From the NCBI GenBank assembly GCA_963803145.1, contig CAWDLW010000024.1, forward strand, positions 20,272 to 84,271: a stretch of DNA of 64,000 bases, given 5' to 3'. The notes beneath the pieces are model-generated. The model did no database searches, was not told the origin of the DNA, and worked only from the letters and a program-made list of their open reading frames with translations. The stretch comes from Methanotrichaceae archaeon (GTDB taxonomy: Archaea; Halobacteriota; Methanosarcinia; Methanotrichales; Methanotrichaceae). A program made the translations under genes and the position numbers. Positions 28,451-39,768 of this stretch are shown one piece after another; the stretch's first letter is position 1; each line of letters starts with the position of its first letter.

Positions 28451-29697
28451 CCCCTCTTCGTGACCTACCAGGAATGTATAGCCTTTTTTCCGATATTTAG
28501 AGAATTCGCTAAAGAAACTAACTTTGTAGCTAAGAAAACTATTGGGACAACCTTTTTTTCGACACTAGGCTGTGTATATTGATGTATTTTGTTCAATCCT
28601 AAGGTATTTTTAGCTATATTGAAGAAAACTTCTATTTCAAGCCTATAATACTTAAAACTCTTCCATTGATAGATTAAATTCTTAAATTCGTTAACAATAT
28701 GAATCCATTTTTCTAATTTATATTTATTGTGAGAAAATGCATCTAAAGGCGGATTAAGTTCGTAAATTATTTGATCTAAATTGGTGTTATTCCTTGGATA
28801 AATAATCGGAATCAAGTAAAATTGATTGATTAACGCATGATAATTCTTTTTTGACGTAAAGCCTTTATCACAGATGATTAAATCGCCTGAATGTATTTTT
28901 CTTGAATTGAAAAGCCTTTCTACAAAAGGAATAAGTATTTTTGAATCATTAGGACAATCTTTATGAATTTCAAATCCAATAAGATTATCATCAAGATCTA
29001 TAGCCAAAATTAACTTAAATCCTACGAAATAGCCTATGGAAGGGTAATAAGACCATTTATATTTTTTATTCTTCTTACCTATTTTATCCTTGTTTCTCCA
29101 AATATTAAGGTCAATTACGATTGGAGAGGTATCAATAATTATAGTTCTTTGCTTTTTATCTCTTTTACGGCGTTCAGACTGGAATGTTTTGCTAAAAAAA
29201 TGGAACAATGAGTCATAACTTAAATCAAACATAGATTTATAGACTTTTTGCGCATTTATCGTTGAATCAATATCCAATAGCTTTTGTAACTCTGAATTCA
29301 TATTTATTTCTGAAATTATAGAGGAAATATCTCTTTCAAACAAGCTTGATAGGACTATAATTTTTATTGCTAATACGAAATTATCTATATCATATATTTT
29401 TAACTTGGATGCAATTTTCCTAGATCGCTGAGATCCGATAATTTCAAGTATTTTGAGCACTATTATCCCTTTTGGGTGCTTATAATTAGGAATCAGAGGA
29501 GATAACATCAATAATACCTTCCTTTGGTGGTGCAACCTAGTTATAAGCGCCCAAATTACTTAAAATTAACTATTGAAAGTTTAATTCCAGATCAAATCAA
29601 GACCCATAATTTGTTTTCTAATCGAAGTTAAAATTTCTAAGTAAATTTAAATTAAATTGATAGAATTAGTTTGTTTTAAAGAGAGTTTGAAGAGGGG
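28451..29697 (-). mobile_element. Insertion sequence (IS4/IS5-superfamily DDE type)
   Basis: Ends CCCCTCTTC (28451) / GAAGAGGGG (to 29697), each flanked by TA; very AT-rich interior. Confidence 0.75.
28465..29508 (-). CDS. DDE transposase
   Basis: IIIDTS, GFKL, ND, ICDKGF, R..IE.FF..AK..L; ATG 29508 follows AAGGAAGG. Confidence 0.85.
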   Translation of the reverse strand: MLSPLIPNYKHPKGIIVLKILEIIGSQRSRKIASKLKIYDIDNFVLAIKIIVLSSLFERDISSIISEINMNSELQKLLDIDSTINAQKVYKSMFDLSYDSLFHFFSKTFQSERRKRDKKQRTIIIDTSPIVIDLNIWRNKDKIGKKNKKYKWSYYPSIGYFVGFKLILAIDLDDNLIGFEIHKDCPNDSKILIPFVERLFNSRKIHSGDLIICDKGFTSKKNYHALINQFYLIPIIYPRNNTNLDQIIYELNPPLDAFSHNKYKLEKWIHIVNEFKNLIYQWKSFKYYRLEIEVFFNIAKNTLGLNKIHQYTQPSVEKKVVPIVFLATKLVSLANSLNIGKKAIHSW

Positions 29698-29824
29698 TAA
29701 TGGCGTTATCACCCGTAACCATTGCTACTGCGCTCTCATGCCTAACGAAAATATCTTGAAAAATAATCTCTTAGCAATGAAATGCTTCTATACAGACTAA
29801 TCATAAGAATTTGGGACTCAATTC

Positions 29825-31705
29825 CTATCGATCATCTTTGAACAAAAGCTTCATCTCATATATCCCGGATTCATTTTGTTTCTTAATATCAAATCCCATC
29901 TTATTGAAGAGTCTGAAGACCGGCTGGTTTCCTATAAGAACTTCTGCTGTGAATCCTATGAGACCATTTCTCTTGGCTAAGTGAGTGAGTTCCGAGATTA
30001 ACTCTGTTCCTACTCCCTGTTTCTGGTATTGATCCCCAACAACGAGCGCAATATCCGCTGTATCCATATCTCTGTTTAAGCTGTACTGTCCAATGCCGGT
30101 TATGGTTTCTTTGCCGGACTCACCCAGAACTGCCAAAATAGTAAGCTTCTGGGTATAATCTATTACCACGAATTTCTGTAGCGTCTCGTGAGGTATGTCT
30201 CTTCGGGCAGAAATAAACCTTTGATACATGCTTTCATCCGACAAAGAATAGAAGAAATCCTTGAGCATAGGCTCATCGCTGATCTTCACCGGCCGGAGAA
30301 CTATCTCAAGTCCAGTTTTAGTGATCCTTCGAGTCTCCAGCTCTTCTGGGTACTCTCCCTTAATCCCGGCAATAAATGCCTGATCCTTGAATATCAGTGA
30401 GAGCTTCTTGGCTTCTTCTATGAGCCAGGGCCTGAACATCGGATGCGCTATTGCTATCAAATCCATAGCCCTCTCACGGATGCATCTGCCATGGAGGTAA
30501 GCTATCCCGAACTCCGTAACTACGTAATGAATATCGCCTCTAGTCAGAGTGACGCCAGCCCCCTCTTTTAGGAACGGCACAATTCTTGATACGCTTCCGT
30601 TGTCGGCAGTTGAAGGCAATGCCAGGATTGTTTTCCCTCCCGGTGCGAGCACAGCGCCTCTCATAAAGTCGGCCTGTCCTCCGATACCGCTGTAGAACAT
30701 TTTGCCTATAGATTCGGCCGTGGCTTGGCCGGTCAGATCAACCTCCAGGGCGCTGTTTATTGCCGTCATGCGCTTATTTTGGGCTATAATTAGAGGATTG
30801 TTAGTATAATCAATAGTCCTGAACTCAATTGATGGGTTATCATCGATAAAGTCATAGGTCTCCTTCTTTCCCATACAAAAGGTGGCAATGGTCTTTCCTG
30901 GATTAATGGACTTCTCTGTATTGTCTACAACGCCATTCCTCATTAGCTCGACAATACCGTCATTCAGGAGTTCAGTATGTATTCCCAAATGCTTTTTGTC
31001 TCCAAAACATGAGGCGATTGCATTTGGTATGCTTCCATATCCCATCTGAATCGTTGAACCGTCTTCAATTATACTTGAGACATGGCTTCCAATTCTCTGA
31101 GCTGTATCATCAGGAACATGCTCTATGTATTCAAGCAACGGCTCATCATGGGGCACGATGAAATCTACGTTCTCGATATCTACCTTGCCATCTCCCTGAA
31201 CATGCGGCATATTGGAATTTGCCTGAGCTATAACCAGAGCTGCTTTTTCAATCGCCGATTTGACAATATCTACACTTACTCCCAGGTTCATCTCTCCATT
31301 TTTATCCGGAGGCGTCGTCTGGATTAAAGCTACATCAATCCCAAACCGATCCGTACGGATTAAATCAGGAACCGCAGATAAAAATATAGGCGTGTAATCT
31401 GCTACACCTCTATTTATCGCCTTTCGAGTGCTATCCCCAATGAAAAAAGATCTCAATCTGAAGTTATCCCTGAACTTTTCATCTGTATAGGGAGCGACAC
31501 CAAGGGTTACAATGTTTATCAGCTCAGCATCCAGGAATGCCTTGGGATTTTTATCGATATAGCTTAATAACGCTTGAACGAGATATTGAGGTTCACCGCA
31601 GCCTGTACCTATGAATATTTTGTTCCCGGGGTGAATCTCCTGGAATACGAAGCGTTCAGCCTTGAACTTTCCAGGCCAATTCTTTTTGATTTCGTCCCAA
31701 TCCAT
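29825..31705 (-). CDS. Acetyl-CoA hydrolase/CoA-transferase-family domain fused to a C-terminal Pat-type GNAT acetyltransferase (paralog A)
   Basis: GCGEP, LGVSVD, GIHTE, INSALEVDLTGQ, SGIGGQADF, YVVTEFG, IAHP; GNAT part LRPV..DE...FF.SLS.ES.Y.RF and YQKQGVG. Confidence 0.88.
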   Translation of the reverse strand: MDWDEIKKNWPGKFKAERFVFQEIHPGNKIFIGTGCGEPQYLVQALLSYIDKNPKAFLDAELINIVTLGVAPYTDEKFRDNFRLRSFFIGDSTRKAINRGVADYTPIFLSAVPDLIRTDRFGIDVALIQTTPPDKNGEMNLGVSVDIVKSAIEKAALVIAQANSNMPHVQGDGKVDIENVDFIVPHDEPLLEYIEHVPDDTAQRIGSHVSSIIEDGSTIQMGYGSIPNAIASCFGDKKHLGIHTELLNDGIVELMRNGVVDNTEKSINPGKTIATFCMGKKETYDFIDDNPSIEFRTIDYTNNPLIIAQNKRMTAINSALEVDLTGQATAESIGKMFYSGIGGQADFMRGAVLAPGGKTILALPSTADNGSVSRIVPFLKEGAGVTLTRGDIHYVVTEFGIAYLHGRCIRERAMDLIAIAHPMFRPWLIEEAKKLSLIFKDQAFIAGIKGEYPEELETRRITKTGLEIVLRPVKISDEPMLKDFFYSLSDESMYQRFISARRDIPHETLQKFVVIDYTQKLTILAVLGESGKETITGIGQYSLNRDMDTADIALVVGDQYQKQGVGTELISELTHLAKRNGLIGFTAEVLIGNQPVFRLFNKMGFDIKKQNESGIYEMKLLFKDDR

Positions 31706-31829
31706 CGGCTTACCTCCGGTTCCTATAATTTTTACAGTTGGATCTTAGATATGTTAAAGTAATGATCACTTCATGTCGTGGCCAAAGAGTTAGCCTAATC
31801 AGAAAAAAGGAAGGAGGTCCGCTCTCTCA

Positions 31830-33821
31830 CTATTTGGTGATGAGCGGTATGTTGTGCACAGATTCCGGGTTAGCCAGAGCAGACAGATCGCCGGTCTCCT
31901 TGCCCAGAGCTTTCGCCTTAATGACACGGCGCATGATCTTGCCTGACCTTGTCTTGGGTACATCCTTGACGAAGAAGACCCGGTCGGGATATGCTACAGG
32001 GCCGAGCACCTTGCGGACATGAGTGGAGATATCTTTCTTCAGGTCCTCGCTCTCCTGGATACCTTCCTTGAGTATGACGAAGGCGACGATCTTCTCGCCC
32101 TTGACCTCATCGGGCTCGCCTATGACTGCTGCCTCTGCGACCTTCGGGTGGGACACAGCTGCTGATTCGACTTCAGCGTTGGAGATTCTATGTCCAGCCA
32201 CCTTCAGCACATCGTCGATTCTGCCCTGAATCCACCAGTAGCCATCCTTGTCTCTGGTGGCCTTATCGCCTGCAAGGTACGTTCCTGGCTTTGTCTGCCA
32301 GTACATCTCCCAGTACTCCTTCTTGTACCTGACCTCATCTCTGAAGAATGCACGGAGCATGCTTGGCCAGGGGGTCTTATTGACGATGTTTCCACCGAAG
32401 CCCAGCGGGACGGAGTTGGCATTCTCATCAAAGATATCGGTGTTGAATCCGGGCAGAGGGAATGCTACCGATCCGGGCTTCTCAGGCGTCATGGGAAGCG
32501 GGGCTATGACATGGCATCCTGTTTCGGTCTGCCACCAGGTATCCATAATGGGTGCCTGATCTGCGCCGATATTCTTTCTGAACCAGATGTATGCCTCGGG
32601 GTTAAGCGGTTCGCCCACGGATGCCAGAATCCTGATGGAGGACAGATCGTACTTCTTGACGTACTCCTCACCTGTTTTCATGAACATCCTAATGGCCGTA
32701 GGTGCCGTATAAAATACAGAGACACCATATTGCTCAATGATGGACCACCATCGGCCCAGGTCTGGGAAGTCCGGAGAGCCCTCGTATAGGATGCTACTTG
32801 CGCCAAGGGAAAGCGGGCCGTAGACAACATAGCTGTGTCCTGTGATCCAGCCTGCATCGGCTGTACACCAGTAGACATCGTCCTCGTGGATATCCAGAAC
32901 CCAGGAGCAGGTTTGAGCAGGGCCTACAGCGTATCCGCCGTGGACGTGCTCGATACCCTTGGGCTTGCCAGTTGTGCCCGAGGTGTACAGAATGAACAGC
33001 CTATCCTCTGGATCGAGCTGAGCGGTCTCACACTGGGCGGACTGTTCTTTTACAGCCTCATCATAGTAGATATCGCGGCCTTCTGTCATGGGGATCTGCT
33101 GGCCTGTTCTTCTCACAACTAATACTTTCTTTACAGAGGGTGCAGTCTTGAGGGCCTCATCCACATTGGGTTTGAGAGGAAGAGGTTTGCCGCGCCTGTA
33201 GAAGCCGTCGGAGGTAACGACCACTTTGGCCTCGGCATCATTGACCCTGCTGTTCAAGCCGCCGGAAGAAAATCCGGAGAAGACCACTGTATGAATGGCA
33301 CCAATCTTGGCGCAGGCCAGCATTGTGATAGGTAACTCTGGAATCATGGGGAGGTAGCAGACTACTCTGTCGCCCTTCTCGACGCCCAGTCTCTTGAGGG
33401 CGTTAGCGAGCTTGTTGACCTCGCGGTAGAGCTCATAATAAGTAATGGTTCTGGTATCTCCCAGGGGCTCCCCTATGAAGTAGTATGCAACCTTGTTCCG
33501 CTTTGCTGAGCGCGCATGTCTATCAACGGCATTGTAGGCAGCGTTGATCCTGCCGCCCATGAACCACTTGTAGTAAGGCTTGTCTGACTCATCGAGGATC
33601 TGGGTGTAAGGCTGGTACCAATCTGCATATGTCTGGGCCATCTCATCCCAGAAGTCTACGTAATTTGCGGAGCACCACTCACGCATCTCTTTCTCAGTCT
33701 TGAAGCCTTTCTTCTTCATCCATTGATATACGTTGGAATGCTCAATAATCCATTGCGGCGTGTTGAAAATTCTGGTCTCTTCTTGGAGAACAGACGTTTT
33801 TGCTGTGTCGGCTGATCTCAT
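31830..33821 (-). CDS. acs: AMP-forming acetyl-CoA synthetase
   Basis: [57 protein letters not shown]; alternative start 33836. Confidence 0.96.
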   Translation of the reverse strand: MRSADTAKTSVLQEETRIFNTPQWIIEHSNVYQWMKKKGFKTEKEMREWCSANYVDFWDEMAQTYADWYQPYTQILDESDKPYYKWFMGGRINAAYNAVDRHARSAKRNKVAYYFIGEPLGDTRTITYYELYREVNKLANALKRLGVEKGDRVVCYLPMIPELPITMLACAKIGAIHTVVFSGFSSGGLNSRVNDAEAKVVVTSDGFYRRGKPLPLKPNVDEALKTAPSVKKVLVVRRTGQQIPMTEGRDIYYDEAVKEQSAQCETAQLDPEDRLFILYTSGTTGKPKGIEHVHGGYAVGPAQTCSWVLDIHEDDVYWCTADAGWITGHSYVVYGPLSLGASSILYEGSPDFPDLGRWWSIIEQYGVSVFYTAPTAIRMFMKTGEEYVKKYDLSSIRILASVGEPLNPEAYIWFRKNIGADQAPIMDTWWQTETGCHVIAPLPMTPEKPGSVAFPLPGFNTDIFDENANSVPLGFGGNIVNKTPWPSMLRAFFRDEVRYKKEYWEMYWQTKPGTYLAGDKATRDKDGYWWIQGRIDDVLKVAGHRISNAEVESAAVSHPKVAEAAVIGEPDEVKGEKIVAFVILKEGIQESEDLKKDISTHVRKVLGPVAYPDRVFFVKDVPKTRSGKIMRRVIKAKALGKETGDLSALANPESVHNIPLITK

Positions 33822-33824
33822 GAG

Positions 33825-33932
33825 ATAACATAACATGTTATGGTATATTAGGATTTCGCCATCTCTTCAATCAATTATGATCAGGGCTGGACGAATGCTT
33901 TATCAATCTCATATCATGGTATACTATAATAT
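33825..33932. promoter_or_regulatory. Divergent acs/RHH promoter region with two 22-bp imperfect palindromes
   Basis: ATAACATAACATGTTATGGTAT (33825-33846, one mismatched pair) and ATATCATGGTATACTATAATAT (33911-33932, two mismatched pairs); both contain ATGGTAT. Confidence 0.5.
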
Positions 33933-34152
33933 GAAACAATTGTCCGTGATGGTTGATGACGATATTATGGAGGCCATTGAGAACCGCATCAAAGCCTCCG
34001 GCCGAAGTAAAAGCGATGTCATCAGGGATCTTTTAGTGATAGGTCTGAAAAAACCTCCGTCATCCGCCTATAGAGACCTTATCAATGATGCTATTGCTCA
34101 GCACGAGAAAAATTTTCATGCATCCGATTCAAGGGCAGATGAAAGCGATTAG
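33931..34152 (+). CDS. Ribbon-helix-helix (CopG-like) DNA-binding protein
   Basis: MKQLSVMVDDDIMEAIE..IKASGRSKSDVIRDLL fits the RHH pattern. Confidence 0.8.
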   Translation: MKQLSVMVDDDIMEAIENRIKASGRSKSDVIRDLLVIGLKKPPSSAYRDLINDAIAQHEKNFHASDSRADESD

Positions 34153-34283
34153 ATTTTAGAGCCCTCATATAATAAAGGCATCTAAATTTCCTGCAGTATT
34201 TTTTAGAAATTCCTAAAGGTTCCTATTCATTGAAGGTTTTTAACCCTTATAGTAACACCAAAACAAAGACGCATGAGCTTGCA

Positions 34284-36203
34284 TCAGGAATTCTTCTTCT
34301 TGAACATGAGATTAACCTTAAAAACCCCAGATTCGTTTTCCATTTTGACATCGAAGCCCATCTTCTTGATCAATGTGAAGATCGGCTGGTTTTTAGCAAG
34401 TGCATCACCAGTAAACCCCAGAAGGCCCTGTCTCTTAGCCAGGTTAGTAAGATAGGAGATAAGCTCAGACCCAATGCCCTGGTTATGGTAATCATCCCTC
34501 ACAGCCAGGGCCAGGTCTGCAGTCTGCATGTCTGAATTGAGGCCATACTGGCCCAGACCTATTATCTTCTCTTTGCCATCAATGTTCAGGGTAGCAAGGA
34601 TGACCTTATCCCTAGTGTGATCTATCACAATGAAGCTCTGCAACCTTTCATGCGGCATACCCTTCCTGGTCGTCAAGAATCTATGGTACATGCTCTCGTC
34701 TGATAGAGAGTAAAAGAACTCCCTTATCAGAGGCTCATCGCTGATTTTCACTGGTCTCAACAATATTTCCAGGCCAGTCTTTGTCTTCCTCTGAATCTCC
34801 AGATCTTCAGGATACTCGCCTTCTTTACCAGATATGAAAGCCTGATCAGAGTAGATAATAAATTGCTTCTTGGCTTCATCTATCAGCCAGGGTCTGAACC
34901 TTGGATGTGCTATAGATATCAGATCCATTGCCCTCTCGCGTATGCTCTTGCCGTGAAGGTGGGCAATCCCATACTCAGTCACTACATAGTGGATATCGCC
35001 TCTGGTTAGGGTGACGCCTGATCCCTCTCGAAGAAAAGGCACAATTCTGGATATTCGGCCATCGTCAGCAGTGGAAGGCAACGCCAATATCGTTTTCCCG
35101 CTGGGTGCGAGCACAGCTCCTCTCATGAAGTCTGCTTGGCCACCTATGCCACTATAGAACATTTTGCCTATAGATTCTGCAGTAGCTTGGCCTGTCAGAT
35201 CAACCTCCAAGGCACTGTTTATGGCCGTCATACGCTTGTTCTGGGCAATGATCAGAGGATTATTGGTATAATCTATAGTCCTGAACTCGACGGAAGTATT
35301 TCCATCAACAAAATCATAAGTCTCTTTCTTGCCCATACAGATAGTAGCAATGGTCTTGCCAGGGTTAATGGATTTCTGGGAATTGTCTATCACACCCTCG
35401 GCCATGAGGTCGGCAATGCCATCGCTGAACAGCTCGGTATGAACTCCAAGATGCTTCTTGTCTCTGAGGCTAGAGAGGATAGCGTTGGGCAGGCGACCAT
35501 AGCCTACCTGAATGGTGGAACCATCCTCTACTATGCGGGCTACATAGCTGCCTATCTTCCTGGCAGTATCTCCTGGAACTTGCGCCTGATATTCCAGCAG
35601 CGGCTCCTCGTGGAGCACCAAGAAATCCACGTCATCGATCTGAGTCCAGCCATCTCCCTGAATCTCTGGCATTCTGGGGTTGGCCTGGGCTACGACCAGC
35701 GCTGATTTATCGATTGCCGCTCTAGTTATATCAACGCTGACCCCCAGGTTAATCCTGCCAAGACTATCTGGAGGGGAGATCTGTATCAAGGCCACATCAA
35801 TGGGTATTTTGCCGGTCTTTATCAGATCGGGGACTGCGGAAAGAAATATGGGAGTATAATCTGCGGCGCCTTTATTCACTGCCCTTCGAGTGCTATCGCC
35901 TATGAAGAATGAGTTCAATCTAAAGTTGGACCTGAACTTATCATCAGTATAAGGAGCAATGCCCAGGGTAACTAAGTTTATCAGCTCAGCATCCAGGAAC
36001 GCATTAGGATGTGATCTAATATAGTTTAAGAGGGACTGCACAAGGTATTGAGGCTCTCCGCAGCCGGTGCCGATGAAGACCCTATCGCCTGCATGGATAT
36101 TGCGGAATATACCTGCCTCAGAGATGAACTTCTCAGGCCAAAGCTGTTTCAGCGTACTCAGGTCATTGATAGCTCCATTCGTCCCAGATATCCCAATCGG
36201 CAA
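34284..36203 (-). CDS. Acetyl-CoA hydrolase/CoA-transferase-family domain fused to a C-terminal Pat-type GNAT acetyltransferase (paralog B)
   Basis: Same architecture as 29825-31705 with long identical peptide stretches; GVHTE; YHNQGIG. Confidence 0.88.
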   Translation of the reverse strand: MPIGISGTNGAINDLSTLKQLWPEKFISEAGIFRNIHAGDRVFIGTGCGEPQYLVQSLLNYIRSHPNAFLDAELINLVTLGIAPYTDDKFRSNFRLNSFFIGDSTRRAVNKGAADYTPIFLSAVPDLIKTGKIPIDVALIQISPPDSLGRINLGVSVDITRAAIDKSALVVAQANPRMPEIQGDGWTQIDDVDFLVLHEEPLLEYQAQVPGDTARKIGSYVARIVEDGSTIQVGYGRLPNAILSSLRDKKHLGVHTELFSDGIADLMAEGVIDNSQKSINPGKTIATICMGKKETYDFVDGNTSVEFRTIDYTNNPLIIAQNKRMTAINSALEVDLTGQATAESIGKMFYSGIGGQADFMRGAVLAPSGKTILALPSTADDGRISRIVPFLREGSGVTLTRGDIHYVVTEYGIAHLHGKSIRERAMDLISIAHPRFRPWLIDEAKKQFIIYSDQAFISGKEGEYPEDLEIQRKTKTGLEILLRPVKISDEPLIREFFYSLSDESMYHRFLTTRKGMPHERLQSFIVIDHTRDKVILATLNIDGKEKIIGLGQYGLNSDMQTADLALAVRDDYHNQGIGSELISYLTNLAKRQGLLGFTGDALAKNQPIFTLIKKMGFDVKMENESGVFKVNLMFKKKNS

Positions 36204-36339
36204 GAGACCTCACAATCTTAAAGTTGAGTTTAAATAATGCGCAAGCTCATTCATCACAAACTAATCTTAGTTAAGGAGATCTCCTTGATGTCGTATACAT
36301 ATTTGCTGCTTACTGGTTCCTTATCTGTTGGCAGTTCTT

Positions 36340-38799
36340 TCACATTTGCAGCATAACTTTAGTTTTCGCAGGAGGCATATACCTCTTAAGCATTAGCGAT
36401 AGCGATATCACGGTTATGGAGCTCATTGCCATTGCTAGACCAGCATACTCGGGCCTGAAAGTAATTCCAAAGAATGGATAAAGAACCCCTGCCGCCAGAG
36501 GTATGAGGGCTGCATTGTAGGCAAAGGCCCAGAATATGTTCAGCTTCACTCTTGAGATCACCTTCCTGCTCAGCTGGATAGCGGCTACAGCATCCAGAAG
36601 ATTATCCCTTATAAGCACAATCTCTCCAGTCTCTATAGCCACATCTGTGCCGCTGCCTATGGCTATTCCTACATCTGATTGAGCTAGGGCTGGTGCATCG
36701 TTAATTCCGTCCCCAACAAAAGCGACAACATTGCCCTGCTCCTGGAGCTTCTTCACTTCCTGCGCCTTCTGCTCAGGCAGAACTTCGGCGAAGACATTGT
36801 CGATGCCAATCTGCTTAGCTACAGCAGTAGCGCTCCTAGCATTATCGCCAGTAATCATCGCTACTTTTAGATTCATGTCCTTAAGTTCAGCAATAGCTGC
36901 TCCGGCGGAATCCTTCAGTCTGTCTGCTATTGCTATTATTCCGGATACTTTGCCGTCAATGGCAATTAAGATCGCAGTCTTTCCCTGCTCCTGGAAATCG
37001 GCTGCTCTTGCAAGTGCTTCATCAGTGATAGCTATGCCTTGGTCGGATAAGTGCATCCCATTTCCAGCTACCACCGTTTTTCCATCGATGGTAGCGATAA
37101 CACCCTTGCCTGCTATAGCATCGAAGCTGCTGGCCGTGGCTAGTGCGAGTCCATCCGATTCCGCCTTTCTGACCACCGCCTCTGCCAGAGGATGCTCTGA
37201 GCTCTTTTCGGCACTTGCTGCAAGCCTGAGGAGTTCCCTCTCATCCATGTCGTAGGCTACTATATCTGTCACATCTGGCCTGCCTAATGTCAGGGTACCA
37301 GTCTTATCGAATACTACTGTATTCAGCTTCTCTGATAACTCCAGTGCCTCCCCGTTCTTGATGAGGACTCCGAGTTCAGCGCCTCTGCCGATTCCAACTG
37401 TGATTGCTGTTGGTGAGGCAAGGCCCAGCGCACAAGGACATGCTACGACGAGAACAGATATCAGGGCTGTTAGGGCAAAGAGCAATGTGCTGCCGAGGAT
37501 GAAGTACCAGACAATGAATGCCGCGAAGGCAATTGTAAGCACAGTTGGTATAAAGTAGGTTACAGCTCTATCGGCAATCCTCTGGATTGGCGGCCTTGAC
37601 CCTTGAGCCTGCTCAACGAGAGATATGATCTGAGAGAGGACGGTATCTTTTCCTACCTTAGTTGCTCTTAACCTCAGGACACCGTTCTTGTTCAATGTGC
37701 CTCCGACCACATTCTTGCCTGGATCTTTCAGAACAGGGATCGGCTCACCAGTGATCATGGATTCATCTACATAGCTCTCGCCGCCGACCACGATGCCATC
37801 AACAGGTATCTTCTCACCAGGGCGGACCAGGATTATATCGCCAACCTGGACATCCTCTACAGGCACTTCCGTTTCGCTATTATCCCTGAGGACGGTGGCT
37901 GTCTTGGGTCGGAGTCCGATAAGCTTTTTGATGGCCTCTGAGGTTCTGCCCTTGGCTCTTGATTCCAGGTATCTACCAAGCGTAAGAAAGGATGCGAGCA
38001 TCAGGGCTGTCTCATAGAACATGAACTCAGGGGTCAATACAATCCTGAAGGTGCCCATTATGCTGGAGACGTAGGCTACGCCTATGCCCATTGAGTACAT
38101 TACGTCCATGTTCAGGTTTCTATTTCTCAGAGACCGGGTAGCGGCACTGAATATTGGATAGCTCACATAGATGAATGGCAGAATAGAGATGGCAAGCATC
38201 AGGTAGCCCATGGGAACGGCCATCAGGACTTCCCCGGAGAAACGATCTAGAGGCAGGTACATCAGACCCATCAGGAACAGGCTGAACGTGAAACCTACAG
38301 CCATCCTGCGGAATTTGTCTTTGAGATCATTCTCCCTGGCCTCCTTCTCCAGGTCGGCAGAGACCTCTTCTCCAGCAACGCCAAGGTACTGGTATCCTGT
38401 ATCCTCGACAGCTTTTTTCAGATCCGCAAGGGATGTCATCCTGGGATTGTAGGTGATATAAGCCTTCTCTGCAGCCAGATTGACATTGGCCTCAACTACG
38501 CCATCCAGCTTCTTGAAGGCAATTTCAAGTGCTCCCACGCACATGGCGCAGACCATGCCGCCGATCTTCAGGACGACCTTCTCGTCTACTACGTCATAGC
38601 CTGCATCCCTAATTGCTTTCTCCAGATCTACCAGCTTCAGTTTTTCCGGATTATATTCTACGTACGCCATCTCAGTGGCTAGATTTACCTCTGCCTGGCG
38701 TACTCCATCTAGGCTCTTCAAGGATTTTTCAATTGCAGAGACACAGGCTGCACAAACCATCCCTATAATCTTAAGCTCTGCCTTCTTGTATTCCGTCAT
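36340..38799 (-). CDS. copA: Cu(I)-type heavy-metal P1B ATPase
   Basis: Two GMxCxxC HMA domains, [26 protein letters not shown] and MAMSS. Confidence 0.93.
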   Translation of the reverse strand: MTEYKKAELKIIGMVCAACVSAIEKSLKSLDGVRQAEVNLATEMAYVEYNPEKLKLVDLEKAIRDAGYDVVDEKVVLKIGGMVCAMCVGALEIAFKKLDGVVEANVNLAAEKAYITYNPRMTSLADLKKAVEDTGYQYLGVAGEEVSADLEKEARENDLKDKFRRMAVGFTFSLFLMGLMYLPLDRFSGEVLMAVPMGYLMLAISILPFIYVSYPIFSAATRSLRNRNLNMDVMYSMGIGVAYVSSIMGTFRIVLTPEFMFYETALMLASFLTLGRYLESRAKGRTSEAIKKLIGLRPKTATVLRDNSETEVPVEDVQVGDIILVRPGEKIPVDGIVVGGESYVDESMITGEPIPVLKDPGKNVVGGTLNKNGVLRLRATKVGKDTVLSQIISLVEQAQGSRPPIQRIADRAVTYFIPTVLTIAFAAFIVWYFILGSTLLFALTALISVLVVACPCALGLASPTAITVGIGRGAELGVLIKNGEALELSEKLNTVVFDKTGTLTLGRPDVTDIVAYDMDERELLRLAASAEKSSEHPLAEAVVRKAESDGLALATASSFDAIAGKGVIATIDGKTVVAGNGMHLSDQGIAITDEALARAADFQEQGKTAILIAIDGKVSGIIAIADRLKDSAGAAIAELKDMNLKVAMITGDNARSATAVAKQIGIDNVFAEVLPEQKAQEVKKLQEQGNVVAFVGDGINDAPALAQSDVGIAIGSGTDVAIETGEIVLIRDNLLDAVAAIQLSRKVISRVKLNIFWAFAYNAALIPLAAGVLYPFFGITFRPEYAGLAMAMSSITVISLSLMLKRYMPPAKTKVMLQM

Positions 38800-39084
38800 G
38801 GCTCATCCTTTCATACTGCTTTCTTCTTTGGCTTCTGAGCTACAGGTTACATTCTCTATCATATTTCGTTCACATCGTTTAAATGCTATCTTTAGCAATC
38901 TTGGAGCCACTTTAGATGAAGCTGGCTGTGTGGCAACTTCAGATAAAGCTAGCTGTAAAGGCAGAATCTCGTTGGGCTATGCTTATGATGTTTCTTCAAG
39001 GGTATTCCTTGAGCTGGCAATTGCTAATATGTGAAGCATGCATAGGATTTATACTGTGGGGAGTCATCCAACTTTGGTTCTCAT

Positions 39085-39694
39085 ATGCTCAAGATAACTC
39101 CATACCTCGGCATAATCGTGCTGATAGTCTCCCTCGGGGGTATCTTCTACCCCAAGCTATGGCTACTTCTTGATGTTAGTCTTCGCAAGCTTGATCATCA
39201 TAAGCCCTTTCAGAGGAAGATGGTTCTGCGGAAATCTGTGTCCACGCGGGAGCTTCAACGATTTCTGGCTCGGCAGGATAAGCAGGTTCAAGAAGATTCC
39301 AGATTTAATGAGAAGTTTATGGTTTAGAGTTCCTATCTTCTTTGCCATGATGGGCTTCATGATTTGGAGGATTCTGGGAACTCAAGGATTAGTGGATAAG
39401 ATAGGCATGGTCTTCGTAGCCATGTGCATATTGACCACATCAATCTCCATATTATTTGGCATCTCCATAGCCCCTAGAGCCTGGTGCACCTTTTGTCCTA
39501 TGGGCACTCTCCAAAGGACAATGGGAGGCAGCAGGTATCAGCTCAAAGTGGATACGGATAAGTGCATAGAGTGCGAAAAGTGCCAGAAGGTGTGTCCTAT
39601 GCAGCTTCCGGTGAACGAAATCCTGGAGAAGCCTGATTGTATAAAATGCGCCAGGTGTATCGAGGTATGTCCTAAGGATGCTCTGAGCTTCTGA
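39085..39694 (+). pseudogene. Membrane 4Fe-4S binding protein (NapH/MauN-like) with an apparent +1 frameshift near 39160
   Basis: MLKITPYLGIIVLIVSLGGIFYPKL joins GYFLMLVF..GRWFCGNLCPRGS if one T is removed; RAWCTFCP and two CxxCxxCxxxCP motifs. Confidence 0.75.
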
Positions 39695-39768
39695 AATCAA
39701 GAGGACAAAAACCTGGGCTGATTAAGCAAGCCTAACAGTAAAGGATGATAAGTCCTCAGCCCAGCTAT

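Noticed and set aside
38800-39084. Possible CopZ chaperone or regulator upstream of copA
   Set aside because: No HMA CxxC-bearing ORF found in the frames I read
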